The position numbers were made by a program, and so were the translations under genes. A stretch of DNA of 64,000 nt from Takakia lepidozioides (lineage: Eukaryota; Plantae; Bryophyta): assembly GCA_030704615.1 (NCBI GenBank), contig CM060731.1, positions 91,140,001-91,204,000 of the forward strand, read 5' to 3'. This document shows positions 11,946 to 23,790 of this stretch, one piece after another; position 1 is the first letter of the stretch, and every line of letters starts with the position of its first letter. The notes under the pieces were generated by a model. The model saw only the letters and a program-made list of their open reading frames with translations. It did no database searches and was not told where the DNA came from.

Positions 11946-14610
11946 CATGTGCACTGGGATTCATTGTTCCGAAACAACACAATTGCGGCCTGTCTTCATG
12001 AGCACAACTTGGTTGTCTAGAACCGTTTTAACTAACAGTCTTGGCACTTGTCAGTGCGAACGTTCATGTCTGCATCGAGAATATTGCAGGATCCACCCTT
12101 ATGAAAAATTGTCAGGAGATGTTATTTGCTCGCCGAAATGGCCATCATTGTCATACATACAGGATATGGAATCGGAGCTCCGACCTTCATGCATGTATCT
12201 TGAAACATTCTTCTCCACTTCAATGTGCGACTTCCAATCGTCGATGGCCTCCGCAGTTCCAATTAGCTGGTGCCTGTGAGCCTTGGTCTTTCGCTATAGG
12301 GAACCTCGCACTTGCCAACTTCGTGTGGTGTTCGATGGCCCCCAATTCTTACGCTATAGTTTGTTGTCCTCTGCAACTTGGGAGAGCCAGGATCCCAAAC
12401 GAGGGAGGACTTTGCAGAGTGACTAAAACTTACTTTTTTTCCAAATTCAAGCTCAAACCGGGCACAGTTTATTTGGAAGAAGAAAGGAAGGATGTTCCTG
12501 GACTGGTTGATGAGACAATTGTCGTGCTAGGTAACAATGGAGGTTGCAGAATCGAGTGGCACGTACCCCCATCAGACACCATCTTGTACCGCGCTGTGGG
12601 AATGCCCATTCCCTTTCCGAACCAGTCGCTTCCCACACCATCCACAAAGGAGTCGGGAAACCGACAGGCGGCCACTGCCAACAGAGAGATATGCAACGAT
12701 AATCATTCCCAACCTGGACTGTCAAGACCCTCCATAGCTTCTCGTGTGGAGGTATTCGACATTTTCGATAATGAAGATGAGTGCATTGAGGTCCCCATGT
12801 CCTCCACACGGTCGTTCAAATCCGACATGGACGTCTCTGCAGGTGCTACGCATGCACCCCCGAGCATAACTCCAACCCGCTCCATTGTGCAGCTCCTACG
12901 GCAACATCACCTCGATGGTTCTCGCTCTAAGCTGGCTGCTCTCGACTATGCCAAATTTCCAGTCATGAAGGTAACGTATCTGCCTCCCGAAGTTGATGGT
13001 AATGTGATCTTCGAGTTTCCACCTGTTACTTCGTCAAACAGAGCCTTAGGGATGTTAACAAACATGGATCGAAAGCATGACGGACACCCCTGGTGTGTGA
13101 CGAAGACCAGTAGCATGAAAATTGCTGATGGTGTTCGTGTACGATACGTCCTCTATGCGGGGAAGTTGAGGTGCCTCAATCCCGCCTGTTTCCACTTTCT
13201 CTCCAAAAGAGGGCGGAGAAACGAGACAGATTGGACTGGCACAACCCATCATCCATTCATTGTCTCCAGCTAGGCTCCAGCGGGTACTTTCAAGTGCGCA
13301 CATTGCAAAGAACCACCGACGTGCATGTCCATGTGCAGAGCCAAGCAATATTATGTAATCCATTTGCTCCCGGACTTGACTAGAGTTTGCATACACGTTG
13401 GGGTCCACTGCCACCCCTTGGCAAGAGGCAACATGCGGGAGGCTGTGTAGGAAGTACATGACATCATAAAAGAGGAGGTGAAATTGAGCCTCGGAGCCAG
13501 ACCAAAGCAAATTCAGCTCAAGGCAGCCCACAAGATTGCTCTTGGCAAAATCATGTCTGAAGATGGTTCAGACCGAGTGCCCTTGAACGAAGAGGAGATG
13601 CTTGACCTATTGGAGTCCGTCTCGCACGTTTGTAGTCTGAATGTGTGGAATCACATCGTATCTTGCAAGCGGGAGTTTGGCCGGGGGTCGGACATGCACT
13701 CAATCCTGGAGGTGAAACGAAGGACTGGATATGACTACATCCAAGGTAGCAGGTTTCCAGGGCAAGACAGCGAATCCGATCGTTGTTACATTTTTAAAAT
13801 GTCAACGTGTGGGCCTAGGAGTGGAATCGACCTTGTCACTCGCATGACAACTGGAAACTTGTCGAATGCTTGGGTGATGTTTGACCACATCAAGCAAATT
13901 ATAAACCATCAGTGGATGACCATGGGTGCGCATGTTTATGACTATCACTCGAAGAGGCTCATGATGATTGCAATCTGCGAGATGAAAGGGGAGGACACAC
14001 AGTCAGAGATGCATCTGTGGGAGGTCATAAACGAATAGATGGCAAGGGCGGGTTTGCCAAAGCCCAATTTCAGGGGATTCATGGCAGACAACGCTCACGC
14101 CAACTGGGCAGCGGTGCGGCGTGTGTATGGTGAGGACCCCAATGTTCCAATGGAGGGGAAAGAGAGATCCTGTGGATTCCATTGGATGCAGAGTCTATCT
14201 CACTACACTACCAAAATTGTTGCTAGCTCATTCCAAGCTGAACATCGTGTCCTTTGTACGGCATGGAAAGATGCATCCACATTTGATGACGAGGAGGTTA
14301 GGTTTGCTATCATTGAGGCTTGGTGGAACACGTCAGGTGCAGTGGAGACAACCAATCTGGGAGCCTTACACAGTTGGTTGGGGTGGTGGCATTTCCGGTA
14401 TCGACAGTTCGGACAGTACATGCGGGAGGTATGATGCCAGACTTTTGCTGCAATTGTCGTTCTACTATGGACCTTTCCATTTTTCCCTCACCATTGTTTC
14501 TGTCCTCGTAGGAGTGGTGCCTGGATTCCGACATGGACATGCCGAACACGAATATGGTAGAATCAGTCCACTCCTCCCGGCGAGCGTCTTTTGCCGCACA
14601 TCTGGTGGAC
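10060..14610 (+). mobile_element. MULE copy B in inverted orientation, truncated by a CACTA insertion
   Basis: Reverse complement of copy A/C sequence; ends abruptly at ...CATCTGGTGGAC, followed by CACTACAGG. Confidence 0.88.
12041..14610 (+). pseudogene. GCM-MULE transposase pseudogene (copy B), lacking the SWIM C-terminus
   Basis: ORFs 12041-13273, 13478-14038, 14039-14434 and 14533-14610 are near-identical to copy A; TAG stops at 13271, 13448 and 14036. Confidence 0.88.
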
Positions 14611-14929
14611 CACTACAGGAAAAGGGGGGCCTTTGCGACGCCCGCGCCACGCCGCAGCGTCGGGAAAACGCCCTTTTTGGGCACGCAGGAGGCACAGAAT
14701 TTGCGACGCCCGGCCGTTGCCCTGTAGTCGCAAGGGCGTCGCCAAAATGACGTCGCAAAAATGTGACGTATGGGGGTTGCGAGCCCCCCCCAACTCCCGC
14801 AACTGCCGCAACTGCCGGACGTTGGTTTTTCAGGCCGACCGCGCCGATGGCAGGAGCCTCTTCGAGCGACGTCTCGCTGTTGCGGCCCTCCAGCCGACGG
14901 CGTTGGTGGAGCGCGCCGGCGCAGCCTCG

Positions 14930-14970
<41 letters not shown>

Positions 14971-15310
14971 CTAACCTGCGCGGGAGTCAGCCGGGTGGTA
15001 CGTACTACGCCAAGCGACTATTGGGCGTGGCACAAAACAGCAGGAGTCGGTCTCCGCCACGCCCGGGCGTGGGTTGTCGCGACGCTCCGGCGTCGCTTTT
15101 GTTTTAAATTTAATTTAAAAAAAAACGTGGCGCAGGCAAGGTGGCGGTCTCAGCGACGCCAGGGCGTCGCGGCTTGCGACCCCCGGACTAAAAAAACACG
15201 TCGCAGGGGGTGTCGGGCGTTGCCGCCCGCAAATGGGGTTTGCGACGCTCGACCGTCACTGCTTGCGACCCCCGCCCAAAAAACACGTCGCTATTGGCGA
15301 CGTGCTGCAG
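14611..15310. mobile_element. CACTA element terminus with subterminal repeats
   Basis: Starts exactly CACTACAGGAAAA at the MULE breakpoint; many TGCGACG/CGTCGCA repeats in both orientations; poly-T 14932-14970. The matching end was not found in the window. Confidence 0.85.
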
Positions 15311-15699
15311 TCACGAGGGCAGCCTGGTGGGGGTGGGTTGGGGGTTCATTTTGGGGGTGAATTGGGGGTGGTTTTTTGTTTTTTTCCTGGTTTTGTATTT
15401 GGGGATGGGAGAACTTACAATTCCATTTCTCTGAGTTAGCAAGTACACAATTGAGCAAGCATGAATCGAGGGTGAGGACGGTGCGACACATAAATAAGAG
15501 AAAGATGGAAAGATGGAAAGATGGAAATATATTTACAAGAAATGAGCTGAAAAGCTCACAAGGGTTCAATAGATTGACCTTGGGACCTACATGGACTAGG
15601 ACTAGTCATCCTCATCCTCATCCTCATCCTCAGTGGAGGACTCAGAGCTATCCGATGAGCCTGATGACTCCGCGCCCTTTGCCAGAGCACGTAAATGAG

Positions 15700-17280
15700 G
15701 CGGCGTTCCCCTAAGTCCCACAGAGCTCTCATCCAATCCCTGGGCATGACCCTCGACCTCATCCATACTAGTGCCCTGTAGTGCACTCATCCCCTCTGTG
15801 TTGGCCATGTTCTTCATGAGGGATTTCCATCCATGCTCTTTGGCGTAGTTGTACTCTACCGGAGATGGCTTCCTCTCAAACGCGCGTTGCTACACATGCC
15901 ACAAATTAAAGTCAGTTCTTCGCGATGATGGAGCCAGAAAGAAGACATAACAAAATCCATAGGGAAGTACGACTTACAAATCGCAAGATAAAACCCTTGG
16001 ATCCGCCGGCGCCCCACTTGTGTGTGGATTCGTGCTTGTCAAGGCGGACTGTTGTTGCTTCGCGTGCCCGGTCAAATTTGGCCTTGTTTGCGGCATCAGT
16101 CTCTCCCGCAATGAGTGCATCCCACGATACCTATGCACCCCCCCCCCCCAACAATTAGTGAATTACACACATACGTTGCATCGAATCCACCTCATTAATG
16201 CACATGCGACAAATGAAAGGTGACATGATTCAGGATTTGCCAACCTGTGTAATTCCATAAGGTGGTTTGGGTATGGCCCCCTTTTCCATTGCCCTCCAAA
16301 TGATCTGTCTGGCACGGTACCTCCTGTCCTTCAAGTTTCGCCCCACCATCTCCATCACCCTTTGTGTCACTCCAATTGCCCGGAAACCGGCGGTCTAACT
16401 CACGGGCATACGCCCGCTTCGCGCCAAAGTGCTGATCAGCCCACTCGATGTGCAAAGAAAACCACCTCAATGCGAGTTCGAAGGCTGGCTTCTTCATAGC
16501 CTCCCAGAACGCACCGCAGGGGTCACCATGGCGATTCACCTCCACCGGTGGCACCACGATCTTTGCCAACTCCACGTCCTGTATCGCCAAGGCCATCCCA
16601 CCCTCTCCCTTTTTTGTAGCATCTTTCCCCTGCTCCTTTGTTACCCCACTGCCCTCCCCCGCATGCACACTCACCCCTTCCTCTCTATGGGATTTCTTTT
16701 TCTTTTTCTTCTTTTCCTTCCCCCTCTCCACAACCATCTCCTTCCCCTTCCCCGCTACTTCCTCTCTCTCCTTCTCCCTCTCCCTTCTCTCTCACTCCTC
16801 GGCAACCCCTTCATTGATGGTAAAAGGGATCTCTGGAGATCGAGGCCTCTTCTTCTTACCTTTGGTGTTCGGGTCCTTCATGAACACCACGTGCTCTCCC
16901 TCATTGGCAACCCCACTGGACTGCACCAATGAGGCCAGCCATGTTGCTGCCTCCTGAAGACAAATAACCCCTCCAAATTCAAAAAAAGAAACAAACAACA
17001 AAGAAAATCATGCATGCAAAGGAAAGGATATATCATGGAACAAGGTGCGACAGTTGTACCTTTGCAAGCTTGTCCGACTCGCCCCTGGCGTCACCCGATG
17101 TGGGAGGAGTCCCCGTTTCCGGATGTGCCCGCTCTATCCCCTCCCGGAGCGCCACTGAAAGTAGATTTCAGATGTGGAGCATAGCCGGCGGCGGCGCCCC
17201 GTAGTCCAGGCCCTTCTTTGCTGACCGCTCAGGCTCAGGGGCAGTGTCGCTGATCGGCTAGGCTGCTTCGAACCGGCCCA
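15700..17280 (-). pseudogene. Probable CACTA TnpA-like accessory gene fragments
   Basis: VEVNRHGDPCGAFW...IEWADQHFGAKRAYARELDRRFPG resembles TnpA-type GxPxG..W..F regions; Lys/Glu-rich low complexity; lies next to the CACTA terminus. Confidence 0.4.
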
Positions 17281-17378
17281 TACCTCCTCCTCTCCCCCCC
17301 CCCCAAATGCGTATCAGGGTAGAAGCCCTCACCCGGCTTGACTTCTTCGAGGCGTTTCGCTATCTTGGCCACTTTGTT

Positions 17379-18144
17379 GTGCGCATACATATCGCTACAC
17401 AACTACATCGCTGTCCAAAACCACACAACACATGTGCATGCCACACACTAGTATATCACTAGTCCACCACTAGTCCAACCACTAGGCTACAACTAGTCAG
17501 TCACTAGGCTGCCACTATGCTGCCGACTATGGCAGTCACTAGTCCACACAATGATAAAGAAGAAGAATACAAGCACAAACTCATGCGAGCTCACAAAGTT
17601 GAAGCATAAACTCATGCATATATAAACTCATCACTCAAATACAAGTCAAGCCAAGTGCACCCCACACCATGGGGAATCCACACTATGGCGCCATAGCTAG
17701 GCACGGTGAGGCTCAACTCGAGAAAGATGAGCCTCCCGCGCTTGTCGTGAAGATAACCACTCCAGGGCCTAAATCTGCCTTGACCCCTGGATTGACACTT
17801 GGGCCAATCCCAAATGTCAATATGTAAAAGCTAGCTATTTCCTAGTTAGTTTCACACTAGTGGTAAAATAACTTGACAGCTGTCGTGCGCATACATATCG
17901 CAACACAACTACATCGTTGTCCAAAACCACACAACACATGTGCACGCCACACACTAGTATATCACTAGTCCACCACTAGTCCAGCCACTAGAGAAAGATG
18001 AACCTCCCGCGCTTGCCGTGAAGATAACCACTCCAGGGCCTAAATCTGCCTTGACCCCTGGATTGACACTTGGGCCAATCCCAAATGTCAATATGTAAAA
18101 GCTAGCTATTTCCTAGTTAGTTTCACACTAGTGATAAAATAACT
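17379..18144 (+). repeat. Local direct duplication with internal deletion
   Basis: GTGCGCATACATATCG... at 17379 and 17886; the GAGAAAGATG...AAAATAACT block at ~17720-17873 and ~17992-18144. Confidence 0.85.
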
Positions 18145-18790
18145 GGATGTTGTTGGCAACCTCCATAGAGGTAATTCTTTTCTTCCATGGTGACTCATCC
18201 GATATGGATGAGAGTCAATACAGGAGGAATGAAAAGGCCAAAAGAACCATCCTAGAGATAATTCAGTGTCCATCCTGGTGGCTCATCCGGTATGGATGAA
18301 AAAGCCTGATAGAGGATGAGAAAACAAAAAATCCACACTGATAGCAAACTGCCAATTCCCAGTAGAGAGGGAGTGAGAGGGAGAGATCAGGAAACAAAAA
18401 GAAAAAGAGGAAGGTGGGGGGGGGAGTGACTGAGTAGTTCCCTCTCTCTCTCCCTCTCCCTCTATAACTCTTTGGATTTCATCTGGCCTTAACCTTTTGA
18501 GGTTATTTAGTTTTTCATCCCAACCTTTTTCATCCAAATCTGGATGATATTATTATAAGATGATGAAACTTAATGTACAGAAAGCTTGGTTTACCATCTA
18601 TTTCTTTCATCTAAACTGGATGAACTACATGAATAATGGTTACCTATTTTAAAATCCAAGAGATAATAAAACTACCATCATAAATGATGGCAGTTATTAA
18701 ACCTAAGCCTATACCCTAACCTTAAGAGATACCTTTTTATTGGATGTCATCCATTGACAATGTGCTTCTCTTGATAAAATGTGATTTTCA
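18145..18790. repeat. Dispersed GGATGAA/TTCATCC-rich repeat (probable non-autonomous DNA transposon)
   Basis: Reverse-complement match to ~57240-57790; contains CATCCGGTATGGATG imperfect palindromes. Confidence 0.75.
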
Positions 18791-19199
18791 TCCAAAACAG
18801 AAGCAGAGAGGAAAGGGAGAGTGCAATTTCCCTGACGTACCTCTGCTGCCAACGGCGCGGGTCCCCGCCGCTGCAGGGCGTCTCTCCCCCGCTCACCACG
18901 GCTCTCTCTCTCTTCAGCTCGTTAGGTCGCGCCTCTGCGCGGCGTTCCTACCACACATGGGAGAGAGACATCAGCCCGTGCTTAGGGCAAGAAAGAAAGA
19001 CAGAAAGTGAGGGAGGAGGCGGTGCTTACATTGGGCGTTGGAGCGGCGTTGGGGCAAACTCCTTGGGGCCTAGCGACCACCTCGGGCTCAGCAGCAGGTG
19101 CGTTTCTCCTCCACCCTAAACCCCACTCTCTGAACTACCTCTCTCCCAAAGAACAAATGAAAACGGGAGGGGAAAGAGATGCTTGAAGCACTTAGGGAA

Positions 19200-19460
19200 A
19201 AAAAAAAGGCGCGGCGCCCACGTGCGACGCCCGGACGTCGCACGCCTGCGCCCGGTTTTTTTTGAAATGTAAAAATGAAGATTGCGACGGCTGGCCGTCG
19301 TTTCTTGTGACCCCCGACCCCATAAATAAAAAAAACACGTCGCCCCCCGCGACGGCTGTCCGTCGCGGGGTGCGACCCCCAGTTAACAATTTTTTTTTTA
19401 AAACTCGTCGTCCAATGCGACGCCAGGGTGTCGCAGGAGGCGACGGCCGGCCTTTCTGAA
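19200..19460. repeat. Second cluster of CACTA subterminal-type GCGAC/GTCGC repeats
   Basis: Same motifs and AAAAAAAACACGTCG context as 15050-15310. Confidence 0.7.
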
Positions 19461-19873
19461 TTTAGGGTTTAGGGCCTTTTGGGTTTCTTAGTTTTTATTT
19501 TTATTTTTTATTTTTTCATATGGTATTGGGTTAGGGTGTTTGCAATTCTTTATGGTGCTGGGTTTTGGATTGGCGGTTTTGGTTGTGGGTCTTGGGGTCA
19601 AAAGGATAAACGGTGTAATTAGGATTCACATACCCAAAATGTGGTTCAATCTGATAATCGCAAAGCGCTGGGTCTCAACAAATTTTTCCATAGTGTGAGC
19701 ATCCTGAAGATAGAACGAGATGAAGGATTTATTGTCTTGGGCTCTAGCACCATAGGGATGCTCCGCCTTTGGTTACCAATTTTGAAAGCCCCAAGGCTGA
19801 GGCATAGGGGTTTTTTGCCAACAGTTTTTGAGAAATGAAAGTGTTGGTGGTGTGTGTTAATTAGGATGGGCTG

Positions 19874-20253
19874 GTGAGGAAACATCGACCCGTCTCCCTC
19901 GAGGATGGGGAGGTAGTACCACATATCGATTGTGGCCATAAAGCGACCATTTTTCGTGGCGAAGAGGCACCCATTGCACCTAATCCAATACAGGCTGTCG
20001 GGCACAATCGTAGAAGGGACCGGGCCAAATTTCAGGTGATGCGGAGGATGTTGACACTCCGGGATCGAGTCGGGCGCGCCCCTCGCGGGCCACCCCGTCC
20101 AACCACGTCCACATTTGACCCCCCCGACAGGATTGAGTGTTGGTGCACTAAGTGTTGGGAACGGATACCGCCGGGCGGCACCAGACCACTGAGGCGGCGA
20201 CCGCATGTTGTCGAAAAATATTACAAGAAGAACAAGATTGCGGATGCGGCAAA
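19874..20253 (+). pseudogene. CACTA transposase-associated Zn-domain-like exon
   Basis: IECWCTKC...HVVEKY followed by an AAG|GTGAGT donor. Confidence 0.35.
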
Positions 20254-21899
20254 GGTGAGTATTTTTCCCACCCCTCTCATTAACATTCATTTAAGGTACA
20301 TTTAGGTTTATCTAATAATATGGTATGATTGGTAAGCATACATGAAACAAAATTACGACATAAGTATTGATGCGTCGTTCACTACGCACATTGCAGCCAC
20401 AACTTGATGCCCAAGCTCGCAATCACATTGCACAAGAGGCATTTCGCGCCAGTCTAGTTGCAGAATTTGTGCTAAGTCAAGCAGCATGAAGCATGCACGG
20501 GCATGCGTCGGGAATCTTTCACACTGGGGCCGCTCGGTGATTGCTGGAGCTAAGGCACGTGTGGTAAGGATCAAGATATATCCATCAGTTTGTTTTAACG
20601 TGTTCCATTTCTGTCAGTGAGTCAGTCAGTCGCCCAGCCAATCATTAGCTCTGTCAGTCAGTAATTTGCACTGTCAGTCAGTCTATCAGTCACTCATTTT
20701 CAGGAGTGACTGTCTCTGGACATACTTTCTTTTTGTCACATTGGCAGTACCATGTTAAAGTCACTACCATTGACTATCAAAGGTTCTTTCAACAAGCCAA
20801 CTTGCAGAATTGAACATGCAAATGGAAGGGTCGATCTGATAAGACGGCACCGCAGGGTGAACTGTGTTGAGGAAGGTGCCTTCATTAGCAGCACCTTGAT
20901 ACCTCAATTTTGCTGCTGCGGCTACTGTTTACACTTGACCATGTACTCTAGCAGATTTCTTGAAGCTATTGATCCCTCAGCCTGAAGCACCCACATGAAT
21001 GTGGACCTCTATCCCTGATCCCTCAGCTATCCCTGGTCCTTCAGCTAGCCCTGTCCGTGTACAAATCATGAATACATCCCTCAGCCATGCTGCTAGCAGG
21101 TGACAGTGACGGCGTGAAGTTCTTCCAGAAAACACCCCAACCCTCCTTCTCTGTCGTTTCAATTTTGAATTGCAACTGCTTCTCTTTGCAGTACTCCAAG
21201 CACCTCCCTTTCTGTCTCCCTTGCCCCCCCACTGAGTGGGGTCGGAGAAGTGTTCATTCTTCAGCTTCTCATCATCTCTGTCATCTGGTTTTTGGTACTT
21301 TCCTAACTCACCGCGGGAATGTGGGGGGGATGCAGAAGAAGAAGAAGGCCCGTCCGGAGCCCCTCTCTATCCGAACTTGGGGCAAGTGCCACCGCCGGCT
21401 GATGGTGGGACCACCTCCGAAGCAACGCATGTAAGCCGGGTAATAGTCATGCCATCCTTTAGTTCCCACGGTGTCACAGACTGGCGCGTCCCATTTTGGG
21501 AGTTAGTTTGTTCATTGAGAGGTACTTTGACATGTTGGGGTTAGAGGCTAATGTCAGTAGATGTGCATTGGTGGAGGAGATGGTGGAACAGGGTGTAGTG
21601 TCCAAAGCCATGCATGTTGTCAGGAAATTGTCTGATGAAAATGAAGTTAGAAAGAAAACTTCCCTGAACTTGATTGCAGCCCTTGATATGGGGGTGACAT
21701 AACACCTTTATGTTCTCTTAGCAGCTTTACGAGCTATTTCTTTCTTTCTTGAGCTCTTTCGTAAAGCTCCCTCCCAGCAGGGAGAGGCTGAGGAGAGGAG
21801 AGGAATTGTGCCTGTACCTCTGTTTTCCAACTTTGAAAGTATTAAATTCTACAAAAGACTTATGGTGACTACTTTTTCTTTCGTATGTGTTTATATGTG

Positions 21900-23790
21900 C
21901 AGGGAGCTGCAAAATCCTTCGCATCCCGCTTCTCAGCCATGGAGAGCAGAATGGCGCAGTTGGAGGAGGCACATAAGTTTGTTATGTCCAAAATTCCGAA
22001 TATGAAGCAACAACTGGGGGAGGTTTTGAAGCAATTGCAGGCCCAGTCAGCGGCTGCATCGCCTCGGGTCACGGTGGAGGCGGCTGTTGAGAGCAGGCCC
22101 AACAGGTTCCAGGAAATAGTTGGGGGTGGGGAGAAGGTGGACCCGGGAGACATGGGGAAAGAGCCATCCACTGAGGGGGAGGGAGAACAAGGTGAAGAGG
22201 CGGCTGGGCTGCAGGTCGGAGGACTCGAGCTACTTGGGGATGTAGCTGGTGATGGCACGGGCGAAGGGAAGGCAGCCATACACGAGGGCGAGCCCAAGGA
22301 GCCCTCTGTTGACAGGGAAGGGTCGAAAAGAGCCAAGGAGGTGGTAGGGATGACAACAAAGAGGCTGAGGTGAGCCACGTTCAGACCAAACCTGTGCATG
22401 TTGCTGTCAAAGTGAAGTCCAAGCTTCTTGTGTTTGATGTGAACGGGATTTTGTGTCACTCCTTGCCCAAATTCCAGCCCAATCCTCGGCCAAGCTGGCC
22501 ATTTGTCATGACTTCGAAGAAGTGGGTTTTCCCACGATCTCATGTAGCAGAGTTTTTGAATTTGGCCCTGGAGCATTTCGATGTTGACTTCTGGTCATGT
22601 GCTACGAAGGAGAATGTGGCTCACGTCATGGGAGTGTCGATGCAAGGGGTGAAGGGAAAGCCTCTATTCACGTGGTCGGCAGAGCATTGTGACCATTCTT
22701 CTAGTCCACACCCTACAAAAGGGCTGCTTGTTCCTAACTTACAGAAAACTCCAAGTAGAGTGTGGGATGCATTCCCACACTATGATGCATCCAACACTCT
22801 ACTTGTGGATGACTCACCACATAAGGGGATGGGGAACTCCCCTCATAACATGATAAATCCCGTTATGTTTGATGTAACTGCTTCCAGCTCAGAGGCAGAT
22901 GGATCGGAGTACTTCCTGGAAACGTTGTGGCCGTTTTGCCTTGAGCTGTACCACGCAGCAGATGTCCCTTCTTTGACCAAATTGCGATAGTTGGCCTGGA
23001 AAGGACAACCCAACCGCACGCCCAGTGCCTCAGAGCCCGCTGGCTTGGCGAATAATTCAGCAGCTCGTCAGGTAAGAGCACCCCCCCCTATGCATGTGTG
23101 TGACTCTGCTTTGAGCACAGCCATGTAATTTAGTCAAGTTACATGCCACGCTGATGGTTGTGGTCGGCATGTTTGTGTGCAGGCTAAAAAGAATGTGGGT
23201 GGTGGATCAAAATCAAAGAAGGTCATTCCGTATACGAGGGTGAACACACGTCACCAAGCGGCGCTTACCGCTCCCCAAGAGATTGCAGCTGCAGGGTTCA
23301 AGGTACTTTACCTTCCTACCTTGGGTTATTTGCTGGATTTGTGCGTGGCCATCACGTTGTTTGATTGTGGATTGCAACAGTATTGCAATTCTGTATCCCT
23401 TGCGGTTTTTTATGACATAGCATGCGATTGGATAGGGTTGCATTTACATTGACAGGTTGTTGTTGTGTAGTCTTGCTGGATTGTCACCTTCATTGTGACA
23501 TTCAATTTCATGCATGTGCTAGCAGGTGGGGCAGACCGTGTTTCTTCTGAATCCTGATGACCCATGTGAGAAGCATGTTGTTGCCAAAGGGCACGTGGCC
23601 GGAGTGGCAGGCGTTAGCTTGTTTCATGGCGAAGACATACCGACGGGCTAGTACAAGGTTTCAGTTACAGAGGCCATGCATGGGAAGGTCCCGTTACCTT
23701 ACCCAAACCCCAAGGATGACCCCCCACAGATGATACTCAAGGACGTGGTGGGCTTATTCACGCTGTGGCCTGTGCGCAGCCTGAGGTCGG
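21900..23790 (+). pseudogene. CACTA TnpA-like gene containing an FCP1/NIF (HAD) phosphatase-like domain and a C-terminal Tnp1/En-Spm-like domain
   Basis: 22370-22990: KLLVFDVNGILCH, FPRSHVAEFL, FWS, LFTWSAEHC, NTLLVDDSPHK (NIF). ~23525-23790: VVAKGHV..FHGEDIP..YKVSV..PLPYP..LWP (Tnp1-like), with an in-frame TAG. Confidence 0.7.

Noticed and set aside
14763-15360. ORFs with poly-Phe
   Set aside because: Artefacts of the poly-T run and GC-rich CACTA subterminal repeats.
21100-21232. SET-domain start (FKIETTEKEGWGVF)
   Set aside because: Too short, and no downstream SET motifs.
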